From an uncultured Acidimicrobiia bacterium (GTDB lineage: Bacteria; Actinomycetota; Acidimicrobiia; Spongiisociales; Spongiisociaceae): a stretch of DNA of 64,000 nt. Within the stretch, counting starts at the first letter, position 1; each line of letters begins with the position of its first letter. The DNA lies in NCBI GenBank assembly GCA_958295745.1, contig OY282370.1:1031990-1095989 (forward strand), given 5' to 3'. Both the position numbers and the translations under genes were made by a program. This document shows, in pieces, positions 37,901-52,900 of this stretch. Below the pieces are notes generated by a model. That model searched no databases and was not told the origin of the DNA. It was given only the letters and a program-made list of their open reading frames with translations.

Positions 37901-40900
37901 GAACCGCTGGACGAACCCGCCGCGATCGTTACATCGAAGGTCTCCTCACCGGCCGGGATCGAATAATCGGACGCCTCCGCCGTACCCGCCCCAACGGACA
38001 CCGCAATAACCGTATCCGCATCGAGGGTGCCGCCGCCGTTGACCGCCGCGGTAACCGTCACTTCCCGGTTTGTTATACCCTCGGCCAGCGAGGTCTGCCG
38101 GCCCGCCGCAGGATCCGCATCCACGACCAAATCGACCGTAACCGGCGACCCCCGCGACACAGTATTTGTCGACGTATCCGTGATCGACACCGCCGCCGAA
38201 TTGATCGTATAACCCGCCAACACCCCGCCGGCCACCACGACCGCCTCGTTCTCACCGTTCACGCTGTCGGACTCCGCAACCAGCGTGAACGAACTCGTAC
38301 CGCTTTCCTGACCGGCGGCTATCGCCACGTTGAAACTCGAAGGCGTCGCCGAATAATCCGCAGACCCGTCCGTGGAACCGTCCTGGATCACCACCGGCAC
38401 CGACAACGCCGTGCTCTCCAGCACCAGCGGACCCCCCAGCGTGGCCGTAACCGTAACCGTCTCGCTCCGACCCTCCACCACGCTGCCCTTGTCCACACTC
38501 AAATCAACCGTGTCCGCCGTATCCTCGTCATCGATGGTCAACGAGGCCCCGTTCACCGTCAACGAACCCGACACACCGCCGATCGCCAACACATCCGACT
38601 CACCCGCCACACTGTCATCCACCGTAGACAAAGTGAACGAACCCGACTTGCTGTTGGTACCCGCCGCGATCGCCAGATCGAACGAATCCTGACCTGGCTG
38701 AATCGAGTAGTCGTCGGCCTCTGCCGTGCCCGCCTCCACCGTGACGGCCACCGTGATGGCGGCCTCGACCGTCAACGAATCCGCCACCGTCGCCGTCACC
38801 TCCACCGACCGGCCCAACACACCCTCACCGATTGAAGTCTGAGGACCTGGCGTTCCGCTGTCGGCGTCTACCGACAAATCGATCACCGCCGTGTCGTCAT
38901 CGGAGATCGTAAGAGTCGCAGAGCCGACCGACACCCCCGTCGTAGTAGTGGTACCCGTGATCTCCAAGGCGTCCGCCTCGTTCACCACATCGTCATCCTG
39001 CGTATTCAACGTGAACGTCGCCGACCCCGACGACGCCCCAGCCGCGATCGTCACATCGAAGGATTCCTGGCCGGACGGAATCGAATAATCCTCAGCCTCC
39101 GCCGTGCCCGCCCCCACCGACACCGACACCGTGGTCTCCGTCTCTGCCGTGCCCCCGCCGGCCACCGCCGCGGTTACCGTCACCGTCCGGTTCGACACAC
39201 CCTCACCGATCGAGGTCTGGGCACCGGAAGCACTGTCCGCGTCCACCGACAAACCGATAGTTCCGGTGTCGGCGATCGTCAACGACGCCCCGTTCACCGT
39301 GAACCCCGCAACCGAACCGCTGATGGCCAGAGCATCGACCTCGGATATCACGCTGTCCGAGTTGGTGGTGAGCGTGAACGTGTCCGACCCCGACGACGAC
39401 CCATCACCCGCCGCGATCGTCACATCGAAGGTCTCCTGACCGGACGGAATCGAATAATCCCCCGTCTCCGCCGTGCCCGCCCCCACCGTGACGGCCACCG
39501 TGGTGTCGGCCTCTACCGTCAACGAACCCGCCACCGTCGCCGTCACCGACACCGACCGACCCGACACATCCTCACCCAACGAAGTCGGAGACACCGACAA
39601 ACCGATCACCGCCGCGTCGTCATCGGAGATCGTCAACGACGCCCCGTTGACCGTGAACCCGGTAGCTGTACCACTGACCGCCAAGGCGTCCACCTCGGCA
39701 ACCACGGTGTCGTCCACCGTATTCAGAGTGAACGTCCCCGACTTGGAATCCGTACCCGCCGCAATCGTCACATCAAAGGTCTCCTGACCGGACGGAATCG
39801 AATAATCCCCCGTCTCCGCCGTGCCCGCCCCCACCGTGACGGCCACCGTGACGGCGTTCTCCACCATCAACGAACCCGCCACCGTGGCCGTCACCGACAC
39901 CGACCGACCCGACACACCCTCACCCAACGAAGTCTGAACCCCGGAAGCACTGTCGGCATCCACCGACAAACCGATCACCGCCGCGTCGTCATCGGAGATC
40001 GTCAACGACGCCCCGTTCACCGTCAACGAACCCGACACACCGCTGATCGCCAACACATCCGCCTCGTTCACCACACTGTCATCCAACGTGTTCAGAGTGA
40101 ACGTGCCTGACCCCGACGAAGCCCCCGCCGCAATCGTCACATCGAAGGTCTCCTGACCGGACGGAATCGAATAATCCTCCGACTCCGCCGTGCCCGCCCC
40201 CACTGACACCCTCACCGTCGTCTCCGTCTCTGCCGTGCCCCCGCCGGCCACTGTCGCCGTCACCGTCACCGTCCGGTTCGACACATCCTCACCGATCGTG
40301 GTCTGGGTGCCGGAAGCACTGTCCGCATCCACCGACAAACCGATGGTTCCGGTGTCGGCGATCGTCAACGAAGCCCCGTTCACCGTGAACCCGGTGGCTG
40401 TACCACTGATGGCCAGAGCATCGACCTCGGAAATCACACTGTCGGTATTGGTAGTCAGCGTGAACGTGTTCGACCCCGACGACGACCCAGCCGAAATCAC
40501 CACATCGAAGGTCTCCTGGCTGGACGGAATCGAATAATCGCCTGACTCTGCGGTGCCCGCCCCCACCGTAACGGCCACCGTGGTATCGGTCTCCATAGTC
40601 GTCGAGCCCGCCAACGTCGCAGTAACCGTCACCGACCGGTTCGCCTCCCCCTCATCAACCGAAGTCGGAGACACCGACAAACCGATCGCCGGAGCGCTGT
40701 CCCCATCGGTAATCGTCAACGAAGCCCCGTTCACCGTCAACGAACCCGACACACCACTGATCGCCAACACATCCGACTCGCCCGCCACACTGTCAGAATT
40801 GGTAGTCAACGAGAACGTCCCAGCTTTGGAGCCCGTACCCGCCGCGATCGTCACATCGAACGACTCCTGGCCCGACGGAATCGAATAATCACCTGACTCC

Positions 40901-43900
40901 GCCGTACCCGCCCCCACCGTGACGCTCACCGTCGTCTCCGTCTCTACCGTCCCCCCGCCGGCCGCCGCCGCCGTCACCGACACCGACTGGTCCGACACAC
41001 CCTCACCCAACGAAGTCGGAGACACCGACAAACCGATGGTGCCGGTGCCGGTGATCGTCAGCGACGCCCCGCCGACCGTGAACCCTGAGGCAGTGCCGCT
41101 GACCGTCAGAGCGTCGACCTCTGATATCACAGTGTCAGAGTTGGTGGTCAGCGTGAACGTACCCGACCCCGACGACGCCCCCGCCGCGATCGTCACATCG
41201 AAGGTCTCCTGGCCGGACGGAATCGAATAATCCCCCGACTCCGCCGTACCCGCCCCCACCGTAACGCTCACCGTGATCTCCGCCTCGGCAGCGCCGCCGG
41301 CCACCGTCGCCGTCACCGTCACCGTCCGGTTCGACACACCCTCACCCAGCGAAGCCTGATCCCCGACCGTGCCGCTGTCGGTGTCCACCGACAAAGCGAT
41401 GTTTACGGTTTCACCGATCTGAAGCGACGCCCCGTTGACCGTGAACCCCGAAGCCGTACCCGTGATGGACAAGGCATCCGCCTCACCCGCCAGGCTGTCT
41501 ACGTTGGTGGTCAAAGAGAACGTTCCCGACTTGCCGCCCGTGCCCGCCGCGATCGTCACATCGAACGACTCGTCGCCTGCCGGAATCGAGTAATCGTCGG
41601 CCTCTGCCGTACCCGCTCCCACCGACACCGACACCGTGGTGGCCGCCTCCACCGTCAACGAACCCGACACCGTCGCCGTAACCCCCACCGACCGGCCCAA
41701 CACACCCTCACCGATCGAAGTCTGATCACCCGGCGTTCCGCTGTCGGCGTCCACCGACAGATCGATCACCGCCGCGTCGTCATCGGAGATCGTCAACGAC
41801 GCCCCGTTCACCGTCAACGAACCCGACACACCGCCGATCGCCAACACATCCGACTCGTTCACCACATCGTCATCCTCCGTAGACAACGTGAACGTGTTCG
41901 AACCCGACGACGACCCCGCCGCGATAACCACATCAAAGGTTTCCTCACCGGCTGTGATCGAATAATCATCGGCCTCCGCCGTACCCGCCCCCACCGTGAC
42001 GGCCACGGTCGTCTCCGTCTCCGCAGTGCCCCCGCCGGCCACCGTCGCCGTCACCGTCACCGACCGACCCGACACACCCTCACCGATCGTGGTCTGGACG
42101 CCGGAAGCACTGTCCGCGTCCACCGACAAACCGACCGTTCCGGTGTCGATGATCGCCAACGACGCCCCGTTCACCGTGAACCCCGAAACCGAACCGCTGA
42201 TGGCCAGAGCATCGACCTCGGATATCACGCTGTCAGACTTGGTGGTGAGCGTGAACGTGTCCGACCCCGACGACGACCCAGCCGCGATCGTCACATCGAA
42301 GGTCTCCTCACCGGCCGTGATCGAGTAGTCCGAAGCCTCCGCCGTACCCGCACCCACCGACACCGCCACCGTGGTATCGGTCTCCATAGTCGTCGAACCC
42401 GCCAACGTCGCAGTAACCGTCACCGACCGATTCGACACACCCTCACCCAACGAAGCCGGAGACACCGACAAACCGATCGCCGGAGCGCTGTCCCCATCGT
42501 TAATCGTCAACGACGCCCCGTTCACCGTCAACGAACCCGACACACCGCTGATCGCCAACACATCCGACTCACCCGCCACACTGTCATCCACCGTAGACAA
42601 AGTGAACGAACCCGACCCAGCACTCGCCGCAATCGTCACATCGAACGAATCCTGACCGGACGGAATCGAATAATCCGAAGCCTCCGCAGTGCCCGCACCC
42701 ACCGTAACGGCCACCGTGATGGAGTCCTCCACCGTCAACGAACCCGCCAACGTCGCCGTAACCGACACCGCCCGGTTCGCCTCGCCCTCATCAACCGAAG
42801 TCGGAGACACCGACAGATCGATCACCGCCGTGTCGTCATCGGAGATCGTCAACGACGTCTTGTTCACCGTCAACGAACCCGACACACCGGTGATCTCCAA
42901 CGCGTCCGCCTCGTTCACCACACTGTCATCCGCCGTGTTCAGAGTGAACGTCGCCGACCCCGACGAAGCCCCCGCCGCAATCGTCACATCGAACGTTTCC
43001 TCACCGGCTGTGATCGAATAATCCGACGACTCCGCCGTGCCCGCACCCACCGTGACGGCCACCGTGGTCTCCGTCTCCGCAGTGCCCCCGCCGGCCACCG
43101 TCGCCGTCACCGTCACCGACCGGTTCGACACACCCTCACCGATCGTGGTCTGGACGCCGGAAGCACTGGAAGCGTCCACCGACAAACCGATGGTCCCCGA
43201 ATCGGTGATCGCCAACGACGCCGGGTTGACCGTGAACCCGGTGGCTGTACCACTGACGGCCAGAGCATCGACCTCGGATATCACGCTGTCAGAATTGGTG
43301 GTCAGCGTGAAGGTGTCCGACCCCGACGACGACCTATCACCCGCCGCGATCGTCACATCGAACGACTCCTGGCCCGACGGAATCGAATAATCCCCCGACT
43401 CCGCCGTACCCGCACCCACCGTAACGGCCACCGTGGTATCGGTCTCCATAGTCGTCGAACCCGCCAACGTCGCCGTCACCGACACCGACCGATTCGACAC
43501 ACCCTCACCCAACGAAGTCGGAGACACCGACAAGCCGATCGCCGGAGCGCTGTCCCCATCGGTGATCGTCAACGACGTCTTGGTCACCGACACCCCCGCC
43601 GTAGTAGTGGAACCCGTGATCTCCAACGCGTCCGCCTCGCCCGCCACGCTGTCATCCACCGTGTTCAAAGTGAACGTCCCCGATTTGGAGCCCGTACCCG
43701 CCGCGATAACCACATTGAACGACTCCTGGCCGGACGGAATCGAATAATCCGAAGCCTCCGCAGTGCCCGCACCCACACTGACCGACACCGTGGTTTCCGC
43801 CTCCACCGTCCCCCCGCCCGACACCGCCGCCGTCACCGACACCGACCGATTCGCCACACCCTCACCCAACGAAGTCGGAGACACCGACAAACCGATAGTC

Positions 43901-46900
43901 CCGGTATCGGTGATCGTCAACGACGCCCCGCCTACCGTGAACCCCGCCGCCGAACCTGAAACCGCCAAGGCGTCGACCTCGGAAATCACACTGTCAGAGT
44001 TGGTGGTCAGCGTGAACGTACCCGACCCCGACGACGCCCCCGCCGCGATCGTCACATCGAAGGTCTCCTCACCGTCCGGGATCGAGTAATCCCCCGACTC
44101 CGCCGTACCCGCCCCCACCGTGACGCTCACCGTCGTCTCCGTCTCCATCGCCACGCCCCCGGCCGTGGCCGCCGTCACCGTCACCGTCCGGTTCGACACA
44201 CCCTCACCCAGCGAAGCCTGATCCCCGACCGTGCCGCTGTCGGCGTCCACCGACAAACCGATATTTACGGTTTCACCGATCTGAAGCGACGCCCCGTTGA
44301 CCGTGAACCCCGAAGCCGTACCCGTGATGGACAGGGCATCCGCCTCACCCGCCTGGCTGTCCGAGTTGGTGGTCAAAGCGAACGTCCCCGACTTGACGCC
44401 CGTGCCCGCCGCGATCTCCACCGTAAAGGCCTCCTGGCCCGACGGAATCGAATAATCCCCCGACTCCGCCGTACCCGCCCCCACCGACACCGACACCGTG
44501 GTGGCCGCCTCCACCGTCAACGAACCCGCCACCGTCGCCTTCACCGTCACCGACCGGCCCGACACCCCCTCCTCGATCGAGGTCTGATCCCCCGTCTCGC
44601 CGCTGTCGGCGTCCACCGACAGATCGATCACCGCCGCGTCGTCATCGGAGATCGTCAGAGACGCCGAGCCGACCGACACCCCCGCCGTAGTAGTGGAACC
44701 CGTGATCGTCAGAGCGTCCGCCTCGCCCACCACATCGTCATCCACCGTATTCAGCGTGAACGTCCCCGATTTGGAACCCGTACCCGCCGCGATCACCACA
44801 TTGAACGTTTCCTCACCGGCCGTGATCGAGTAGTCCGAAGCCTCCGCCGTACCCGCCCCCACCGACACCGACACCGACGTCTCCGCCTCTACCGTCCCCC
44901 CGCCGGACACCGCGGCCGTTACGGTCACGGTACGGCCAGACACATCCTCACCAACCGAAGTCTGAGCGCCGCTCGTGCCGCCGTCAGCGTCCACCGACAA
45001 ACCGATGGTCCCGGTGTCGGCGATCGCCAACGACGCCCCGTTCACCGTGAACCCAGAAACCGAACCGCTGATGGCCAGAGCATCGACCTCGGATATCACG
45101 CTGTCCGATTTGGTGGTGAGCGTGAACGTGTTCGACCCCGACGGCGACCCAGCCGAGATCGTCACATCGAAGGTCTCCTGACCGGCCGGGATCGAGTAGT
45201 CCGAAGCCTCCGCCGTACCCGCACCCACCGTAACGGCCACCGTGGTATCGGTCTCCATAGTCGTCGAACCCGCCAACGTCGCAGTAACCGACACCGACCG
45301 ATTCGCCACCCCCTCACCCAACGAAGCCGGAGACACCGACAAACCGATCGCCGGAGCGCTGTCCCCATCGGTAATCGTCAACGACGCCCCGTTCACCGTC
45401 AACGAACCCGACACACCGCCGATCGCCAACACATCCGACTCACCCGCCACACTGTCATCCACCGTAGACAAAGTGAACGAACCCGACTTGGAGCCCGTAC
45501 TCGCCGCAATCGTCACATCGAAGGACTCCTGACCGGACGGAATCGAATAGTCCGAAGCCTCCGCCGTACCCGCCCCCACCGTAACGGCCACCGTGATGGC
45601 GTCCTCCACCTTCAACGAACCCGCCACCGTCGCCGTAACCGACACCGACCGGCCCGACACACCCTCATCCAACGAAGCCGGAGACACCGACAAATCGATC
45701 ACCGCCGTGTCGTCATCGGAGATCGTCAACGACGTCTTGTTGACCGTGATCCCCGTCGTAGTAGTGGTACCCGTGATCTCCAGAGCGTCCGCCTCGTTCA
45801 CCACATCGTCATCCACCGTGTTCAGCGTGAACGTTGCCGAACCCGACGACGCCCCCGCCGCGATCGTCACATCGAAGGTGTCCTCACCGGACGGAATCGA
45901 ATAATCACCGGCCTCCGCCGTGCCCGCACCCACCGTAACGGCCACGGTCGTCTCCGTCTCCGCCGTCCCCCCGCCGGCCACGGACGCGGTAACCGTCACC
46001 GTCCGGGCCGACACACCCTCACCCAACGAAGTCTGAACCCCGGAATCACTGGAAGCGTCCACCGACAAACCGATGGTTCCGGTTTCGGTGATCGTCAACG
46101 ACGCCGGGTTGACCGTGAACCCCGCAACCGAACCGCTGACGGCCAGGGCATCGACCTCGGATATCACGCTGTCAGAGTTGGCGGTCAGCGTGAACGTATT
46201 CGACCCCGACGACCCACCCGCCGCAATCACCACATCGAAGGTCTCCTGACCGGACGGAATCGAATAATCCGACCCCTCCGCCGTACCCGCCCCCACCGAC
46301 ACCGCCACCGTCGTCTCCGCCTCCACCGTCAACCCCGCCAACGTCGCCTTCACCGTCACCGTCTGGTTCGACAGCCCCTCCGCCAACGAAGTCGGAGACA
46401 CCGACAAACCGACAGTCCCGGTGTCGGAGTCATCGATGGTCAACGACGCCGAGCTGACCGTGACCCCCGCCGCCGTGGTGGTGCCGGTAACCGACAACAC
46501 ATCCGTCTCGGCCACCACGGTGTCATCCCTCGTATTCAGAGTGAACGTATTCGACCCCGACGATCCGCCCGCCGCGATCACCACATCGAAGGTGTCCTGA
46601 CCGGACGGAATCGAATAATCCGACCCCTCCGCGGTGCCCGCCCCCACCGTAACCGCCACCGTGGTCTCGGCCTCCACCGTCACACCCGTCGCCGCGGCCG
46701 CCGTAACCGTCACCGTACGGCCCGACACCCCCTCACCCAACGAAGTCTGATCCCCCGAGGTTCCGCCGTCCGCGTCCACCGACAAACCGATGGTCCCGGT
46801 GCCGGTGATCGCCAACGACGCCCCGCTGACCGTAAACCCGGCGGCTGTACCGCTGACCGCCAGAGCATCCACCTCGGATATCACACTGTCGGTCTCGGTG

Positions 46901-49900
46901 GTCAAAGAGAAGGTTGCCGACCCCGACGACGCCCCCGCCGAGATCGTCACCATGAAGGACTCCTGGCCGGACGGAATCGAATAATCCGACCCCTCCGCCG
47001 TACCCGCCCCCACCGACACCGACACCGACGTCTCCGCCTCCATCGTGCCGCCCCCGGCCACCGCCGCCGTAACCGTCACCGTCCGGCCCGACACCCCCTC
47101 CGCCAACGAAGTCTGAGAGCCCGGCGTGTTGCCGTCGGTATCCACCGACAAATCGATGGTCACGGTTTCGCCGATCTGAAGCGACGCCGAGCTGACCGTG
47201 AGCCCCGCCGCCGTGGTGGAACCCGTGATGGACAACACATCCGACTCGCCTGCCACGCTGTCCGTGTTGGTGGTCAGAGCGAACGTATTCGACCCCGACG
47301 ACCCGCCCGCCGAGATCACCACACCGAAGGTGTCCTGACCGGACGGAATCGAATAATCCGACCCCTCCGCCGTACCCGCCCCCACCGTAACCGCCACCGT
47401 GGTCTCGGCCTCCACCGTCAACGAACCCCCCACCTTCGCCTTCACCGTCACCGACCGGCCCGACACCCCCTCATCGATCGAGGTCTGATCCCCCGGCGTA
47501 CCACTGTCGGCGTCCACCGACAAGGTGACCGTCCCGGTGTCGGAGTCATCGATGGTCAGCGAGGCCGAGCTGACCGTGATCCCCGCCGCCGTGGTGGTGC
47601 CCGTGATCGCCAGAACATCCGTCTCGGCCACCACACTGTCATCATCCGTATTCAACGTGAACGTCGCCGACCCCGACGAAGCCCCCGCCGCAATCGTCAC
47701 ATCGAAGGTGTCCTCACCGGACGGAATGGAGTAATCCGTAGCCTCCGCCGTACCCGCCCCCACCGTAACGGCCACCGTCGTCTCCGCCTCCACCGTCCCG
47801 CCCCCGGCCACCGTCGCCGTAACCGTCACCGTCCGGCCCGATATCCCCTCCGCCAACGAAGTCTGATCCCCCGAGGTTCCGCCGTCGGCGTCCACCGACA
47901 AACCGATGGTCCCGGTTTCGGTGATCGTCAACGACGCCCCGTTGACCGTGAACCCGGCGGTTGCACCGCTGACCGCCAACACATCGGCCTCGCCCACCAC
48001 CGTATCGGTCTTGGTGGTCAGAGCGAACGTCTCCGAATCCGACCCCGTACCCGCCGCGATCACCACATCGAACGACTCCTGACCGGACGGGATCGAATAA
48101 TCCGACGACTCCGCAGTGCCCGCCCCCACCGTGACGGCCACCGTGGTGGCGGCCTCGACGGTCAACGAACCCGACACCGTGGCCGTAACCGACACCGACC
48201 GGCCCGACACCCCCTCCTCGAGCGAGGTCTGATCCCCCGTCTCGCCGCTGTCGGTGTCCACCGACAGACCGACCGTCGCCGCGTCGTCATCGTTGATCGT
48301 GAGCGGCGTCGAGCCGCTGAAGGTCACCCCCGCCAGAGTGGCCGTTCCGCCCACCGACAACGCATCCGTCTCACCCGTCACGCTGTCATCCACCGTGTTC
48401 AGAGTGAAGGTCTCGGTGTTGGATGTGGACTGACCGGCGGAGATGGTGAGGTTGAAAGAGCCGCCGGTGACCGAGTAGTCGGTGGTTTCGGCGGTACCCC
48501 TCCCGACCGTGACCGGTATCGTCAGATCGCGAGCCAAGACGTTGGAACCTGACAGCGAAGCGGTCACCTCCACCGACCGGCCCGACACCCCTTCGCCGAC
48601 GCTGGTCTGCACCCCGGGGGTGGAGGTGTCGGCGTCCACGGTGAACGCCAGGGAGGGAACGGTCGTCCCGTCGGTGATGGACATCGTCGTGTTGGTGACG
48701 GTGTACCCGGTGGCGGTCCCGGACACGCTCAAAGTCTCCGATCCTTCCAGGGCTATGTTGTCGGCCGCGGTGGTCAGGTCGAACGTCGCCGAGGCCGAAA
48801 TGTCCCCGGCGGGGATGGTGATGGTGAAATCGGACACCGCGGTGTAGTCGTCCGGGGCGGAAGCCGGGTTGGTGCTCCCGTCCGCCGCCGACACCGTTAC
48901 CACCGTGGCGCCGGTCAGGACCGACGAGGCGGCGTCGAAGGAGGCGGTAACGGTCACCGTCTGGTCGGTCACCCCCTCGTCCACCGAGGTCTGCGCCCCG
49001 GTCGTTGCCCCGTCGGTGTCCAAGCTGAGGGAGATGGTTTCGTTGTCGGCGATGGTGATCATGGCCGGGTTGACCGTGAATCCGGCCAGCGTCCCGCCCA
49101 CGTCCAGAATTTCGGGATCTTCCACGATGTCATCGTCCACCAGGGTGAGGGTGAACTCGGTCGAACCCGAGGTGGCCAGGGCGGGGATGATCACGTTGAA
49201 GGAGGGGACCGCCAGATGATCGCGGGAGGTGGCGGTGTTGTCCATCAACGACACCGCCACCGCGGTGGGGGTGGGCAGCACCGCCGAGCCGACCGGGAAG
49301 GAGGCGGTGATCTTGACGGTGGTGGAGGAATCCCCTTCCATGAGCTTGGTTTCGCTGGTGGCGGTGGTGGAAGTGTCCGTGTCCACCGCCAGGTTGATGA
49401 CGGTGGGGGCGATGTCGTTGTCCTTCAGGGTAACGGATATAGAGTTGCTGACCCCTTGGATGCTGTGGCCCGTGAAGGTGATGGTCTCGTCGCCTTCGGC
49501 GATGTTGTCGTCATAGACGAAGATGCTCTGGGTCGGCGACAGCTCTTCCCCCCCCTCGTTATAACGCGTATGCCCCCTCCCGATCCGAAATACGTTGTTG
49601 GGTAAGGCCTCCCGACTGAAAACCGTTGATGGACCGTGCCTCCATTGCAAGTCGTAGTCGCGGGAAGTGTCGGTCAATATACCCTCGACCGCCGTCCCCG
49701 ATGTTCTTATCGTTATGTCGAGATACTGCTGCCCGACCGCAGTGCCCAGGGTCAGGTATATGTTGAAAGGAAGCGTGGGCGGGGCGACCCCTCCCCAGAG
49801 GGGAAGAGTGGTGTCTTCATGAACGCCTTCTTTCAGATGTTCGGCGTCGTCGAATGGACTGTCGGCGGGTCTGCGGTTGCCGTCGCCGTCGCTGAAGAAC

Positions 49901-52900
49901 AAACTGATATCGGTAGTCTCGTTGTCGGTGATGGTCATCTCGGGGGCGGCGTTGAAGGTGAACCCGGTGGAGGTTCCGGCAACCTTGAAGGTCTCCGGTC
50001 CTTCGCTTTGGGTGTCGTCGACCACGGTCAGGGTGAAATCACCGGTCTGGCTGGTCTGCCCGGCGGGGATGGTGATCGTGAAAGTATCGTTGGTCTTGTT
50101 GGTGGAGTAGTCGAATCCGGTGGTGTGCATCACCTTGCCCTTGGCCTGCCCTAAGACCAAAGTGGTTTCATCCGCCTCCCCCGATCGAGCCGGCTCGCCT
50201 ACCAACTTCACCGTAACGTCGGTGGCGGAGGCCAGGCTGGGGGAATTGGCCGGGAAAGCGACTTTGACCGACACGGTGGTGGAACCGCTGGCCTCGGTCA
50301 CGCTGGTCTGGTCGCCGGTGGTATCGCCGTCGGCATCCACCGTGAGAACGATGCTGGATGGTTTGACATCGTTGTCGGCGATGGACAGGACGGCGTTGGT
50401 GAAGGTGAACCCGGCCGCCGTCCCGGACACGTTGATCGTCTCGTTCCCCTCCCCCGCCACCGTGTCTTCCGTGGGCGTGAACGTGAAGGTCCCCATACCG
50501 CTGGTCTCCCCGGCCGCGATGGAAACCGTGAAGGAGGTCACCGCCGCATAGTCGGTTCCGGATGTTGCGGTGCCGCCCGACACCGACACCGACACCGAGG
50601 TGGCGGTCTCGAAAGTGGGCGAACCGGCCGGGAAGGCGGCCGTAACGTCCACCGTCGTCGCCCCGCCGCCCTCGCTCACGCTGGTCGGGTTGATGGTCAG
50701 GGTGATGGTGGTGGGGGTAACGTCGTTGTCGACGATATTCACCGAGGCGCTGTTGACCGTGCTGAAACCGGACGCGGTGGTGACCCCGGACACGGTCAGG
50801 CTCTCGTTGCCCTCGGCGAGGTCGTCATCGGTCAAAGTCAGGGTGAAAGTCCCGGCGCCGCTCGACTGGCCGGCCGAGATGGTCACGTCGAAGGAGGTGA
50901 CCGCGGTGAAATCGGCCGCCTCCGCTTTGCCGGTCGTGCCCTCCCCGGCAACCGACACGGTCACCACCGTATCCGAGGTCAATACCGAGGACCCGGCCAA
51001 CGTTGCCTTGACCGTCACCGTCGTCGCCGAACCCCCTTCCATGACATTGGTCTGATCCCCGACGGTTCCCGAATCGGTGTCCACGCTCAGGTCGATGGTG
51101 GTGGGGGCGGGGTCGTTGTCGTCGATGGTTGCCGTAACCCCGCTGACGGTGAACCCGGTTGCGGTTCCGCCGATGGTGAGGGTTTCCGCCGGCTCCACCG
51201 TATTGTCATCGACCGCGGTCAGCAGGAACCCGGAGGAGTCGGAGACGGAGGCCTGGCTGGAGGGGATGTTCAAAATCAAAGAGGGGTTGGCGAGGCTGGT
51301 GGCGGCAAAGGTGAAATCACCGGCCGAGGCAGTGACCCCGGTGGCCGACAGGGTGACGGCGATGACCTTCTCGTACACATTGGATCCGTCGGGGTAGGCG
51401 GCTGTAACCGTTATCGGGTGGGCGTCCGCCGCCTCGGTTACCGCCGTCTGTATTCCCGTGTCGGTGGAAGTGTCCACCCCCAGACTGATGGTGGTGGGGC
51501 CGGTGTCGTTGTCGGAGTCGATGGTGATGGTGTCGCCGGTAACCGCGAGGCCGGAGCGGTCGGTGGTTCCGGACACGGTGATGGTCTCCGAGACCAAATC
51601 CACCACGTTGTCGTCGGCAATGGTGAGGGTGAAAGTCGCCGACCCGGTTGTTGCGCCGGCCGCGAGGGACACCGTAAAGGAGTCGTTGGTCTTGTCGGTG
51701 GAGAAATCGGAGGATTCGGCCTTGCCGGCGGTCCCCTCCCCGGACACCGTCACCGTAATCGCGGTGGCCGACTCGAAGGTCTTGGAATCGGCCGGCAGGT
51801 CGGCGGTGACCGTGACCGCGGCCGCCGCGTCCCCCTCCCCGATCGTGTCCTGATCCCCCGTGGTGTCGCTGTCCAGATCCACGCTCAAAGCCACCGTGGT
51901 GGGAGCGGTGTCGTTGTCGGTTATCTCCACGGTGGCGCCGGTGATGGTTATCCCGGTGCGGTCGGCCGTTCCCGACACGGTGATGTCCTCATCCCCCTCC
52001 GCGTAGTCGTCCTCGATCGGATCCAAAGTGAAAGTGGCCGATCCGCTGCTCTGCCCGGCCGGAATGGTGATCGTTAGATCGGACACCGCCGTGAAGTCGG
52101 CCGCCTCCGCCTGTCCGGTCCCGCCGTCCCCCGACACCGACACCGTGATCACAGTGGCCGACTCGAAGGTCTTGGAATCATCCGGCAGGGACGCCGTCAC
52201 CTGCGCCGTCTTGGCCGCCGAGGCTTCCCCCAAACTGGTCTGCGCGCCGGTGGCCGAAGTATCGGCGTCCACGCTCAACGTGAACCCGGTGGGAGCGGCG
52301 TCATTGTCGTCGATGGTCACCGACCCGCTGTTGACCGTATAGCCGGAGGCAACCCCCGACACCGTGATCGTCTCCGCCCCCTCCGCATAATCGTCCTCGG
52401 CGGTGGCCAAGCCGAAGGTGGCCGAACCGCTGGACTGCCCGGCCGGGATCTCCACATCGAAGCTGTTGACCGCCGTGAAGTCGGCCGTCTCCGCCTGTCC
52501 GGTCCCACCCTCCCCCGCCACCGACACCCGCACCGTGGTCTTGGTGGGCAGCACCGCCGAACCGTTCGGGAACGAGGCGGTCACGCGGGCGGTGGAGGCC
52601 GCCGCCCCCTCGGTCACCGACGACTGATCTCCCGTGGCTGCGTCATCGGCGTCCACGCTCAGAACGATGACCGTGGGGGCTTGGTCCCCGTCGGTGATGG
52701 AAATCTCGGCGCCGTTGACGGTCACGCCTGCATAGGAGGTAGCACCGGTGACGGAGATCTTCTCCGTGCCTTCGTCGGCCACATTGTCATCGGTGCCGCT
52801 CAGGTCGAAAGTGGCCGACCCGGTGCGGGAGGTTTTGGAGACGGTAAGCGTGAAGTCGGTCACCGCGTCGAAATCGTCCGGCCCCGCCTGCCCGCTTCCC

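Noticed and set aside
34100-48300. Possible CRISPR array suggested by highly regular direct repeats
   Set aside because: Units are ~345 bp, contiguous without unique spacers, and lie inside a continuous protein-coding frame. No cas genes are present.
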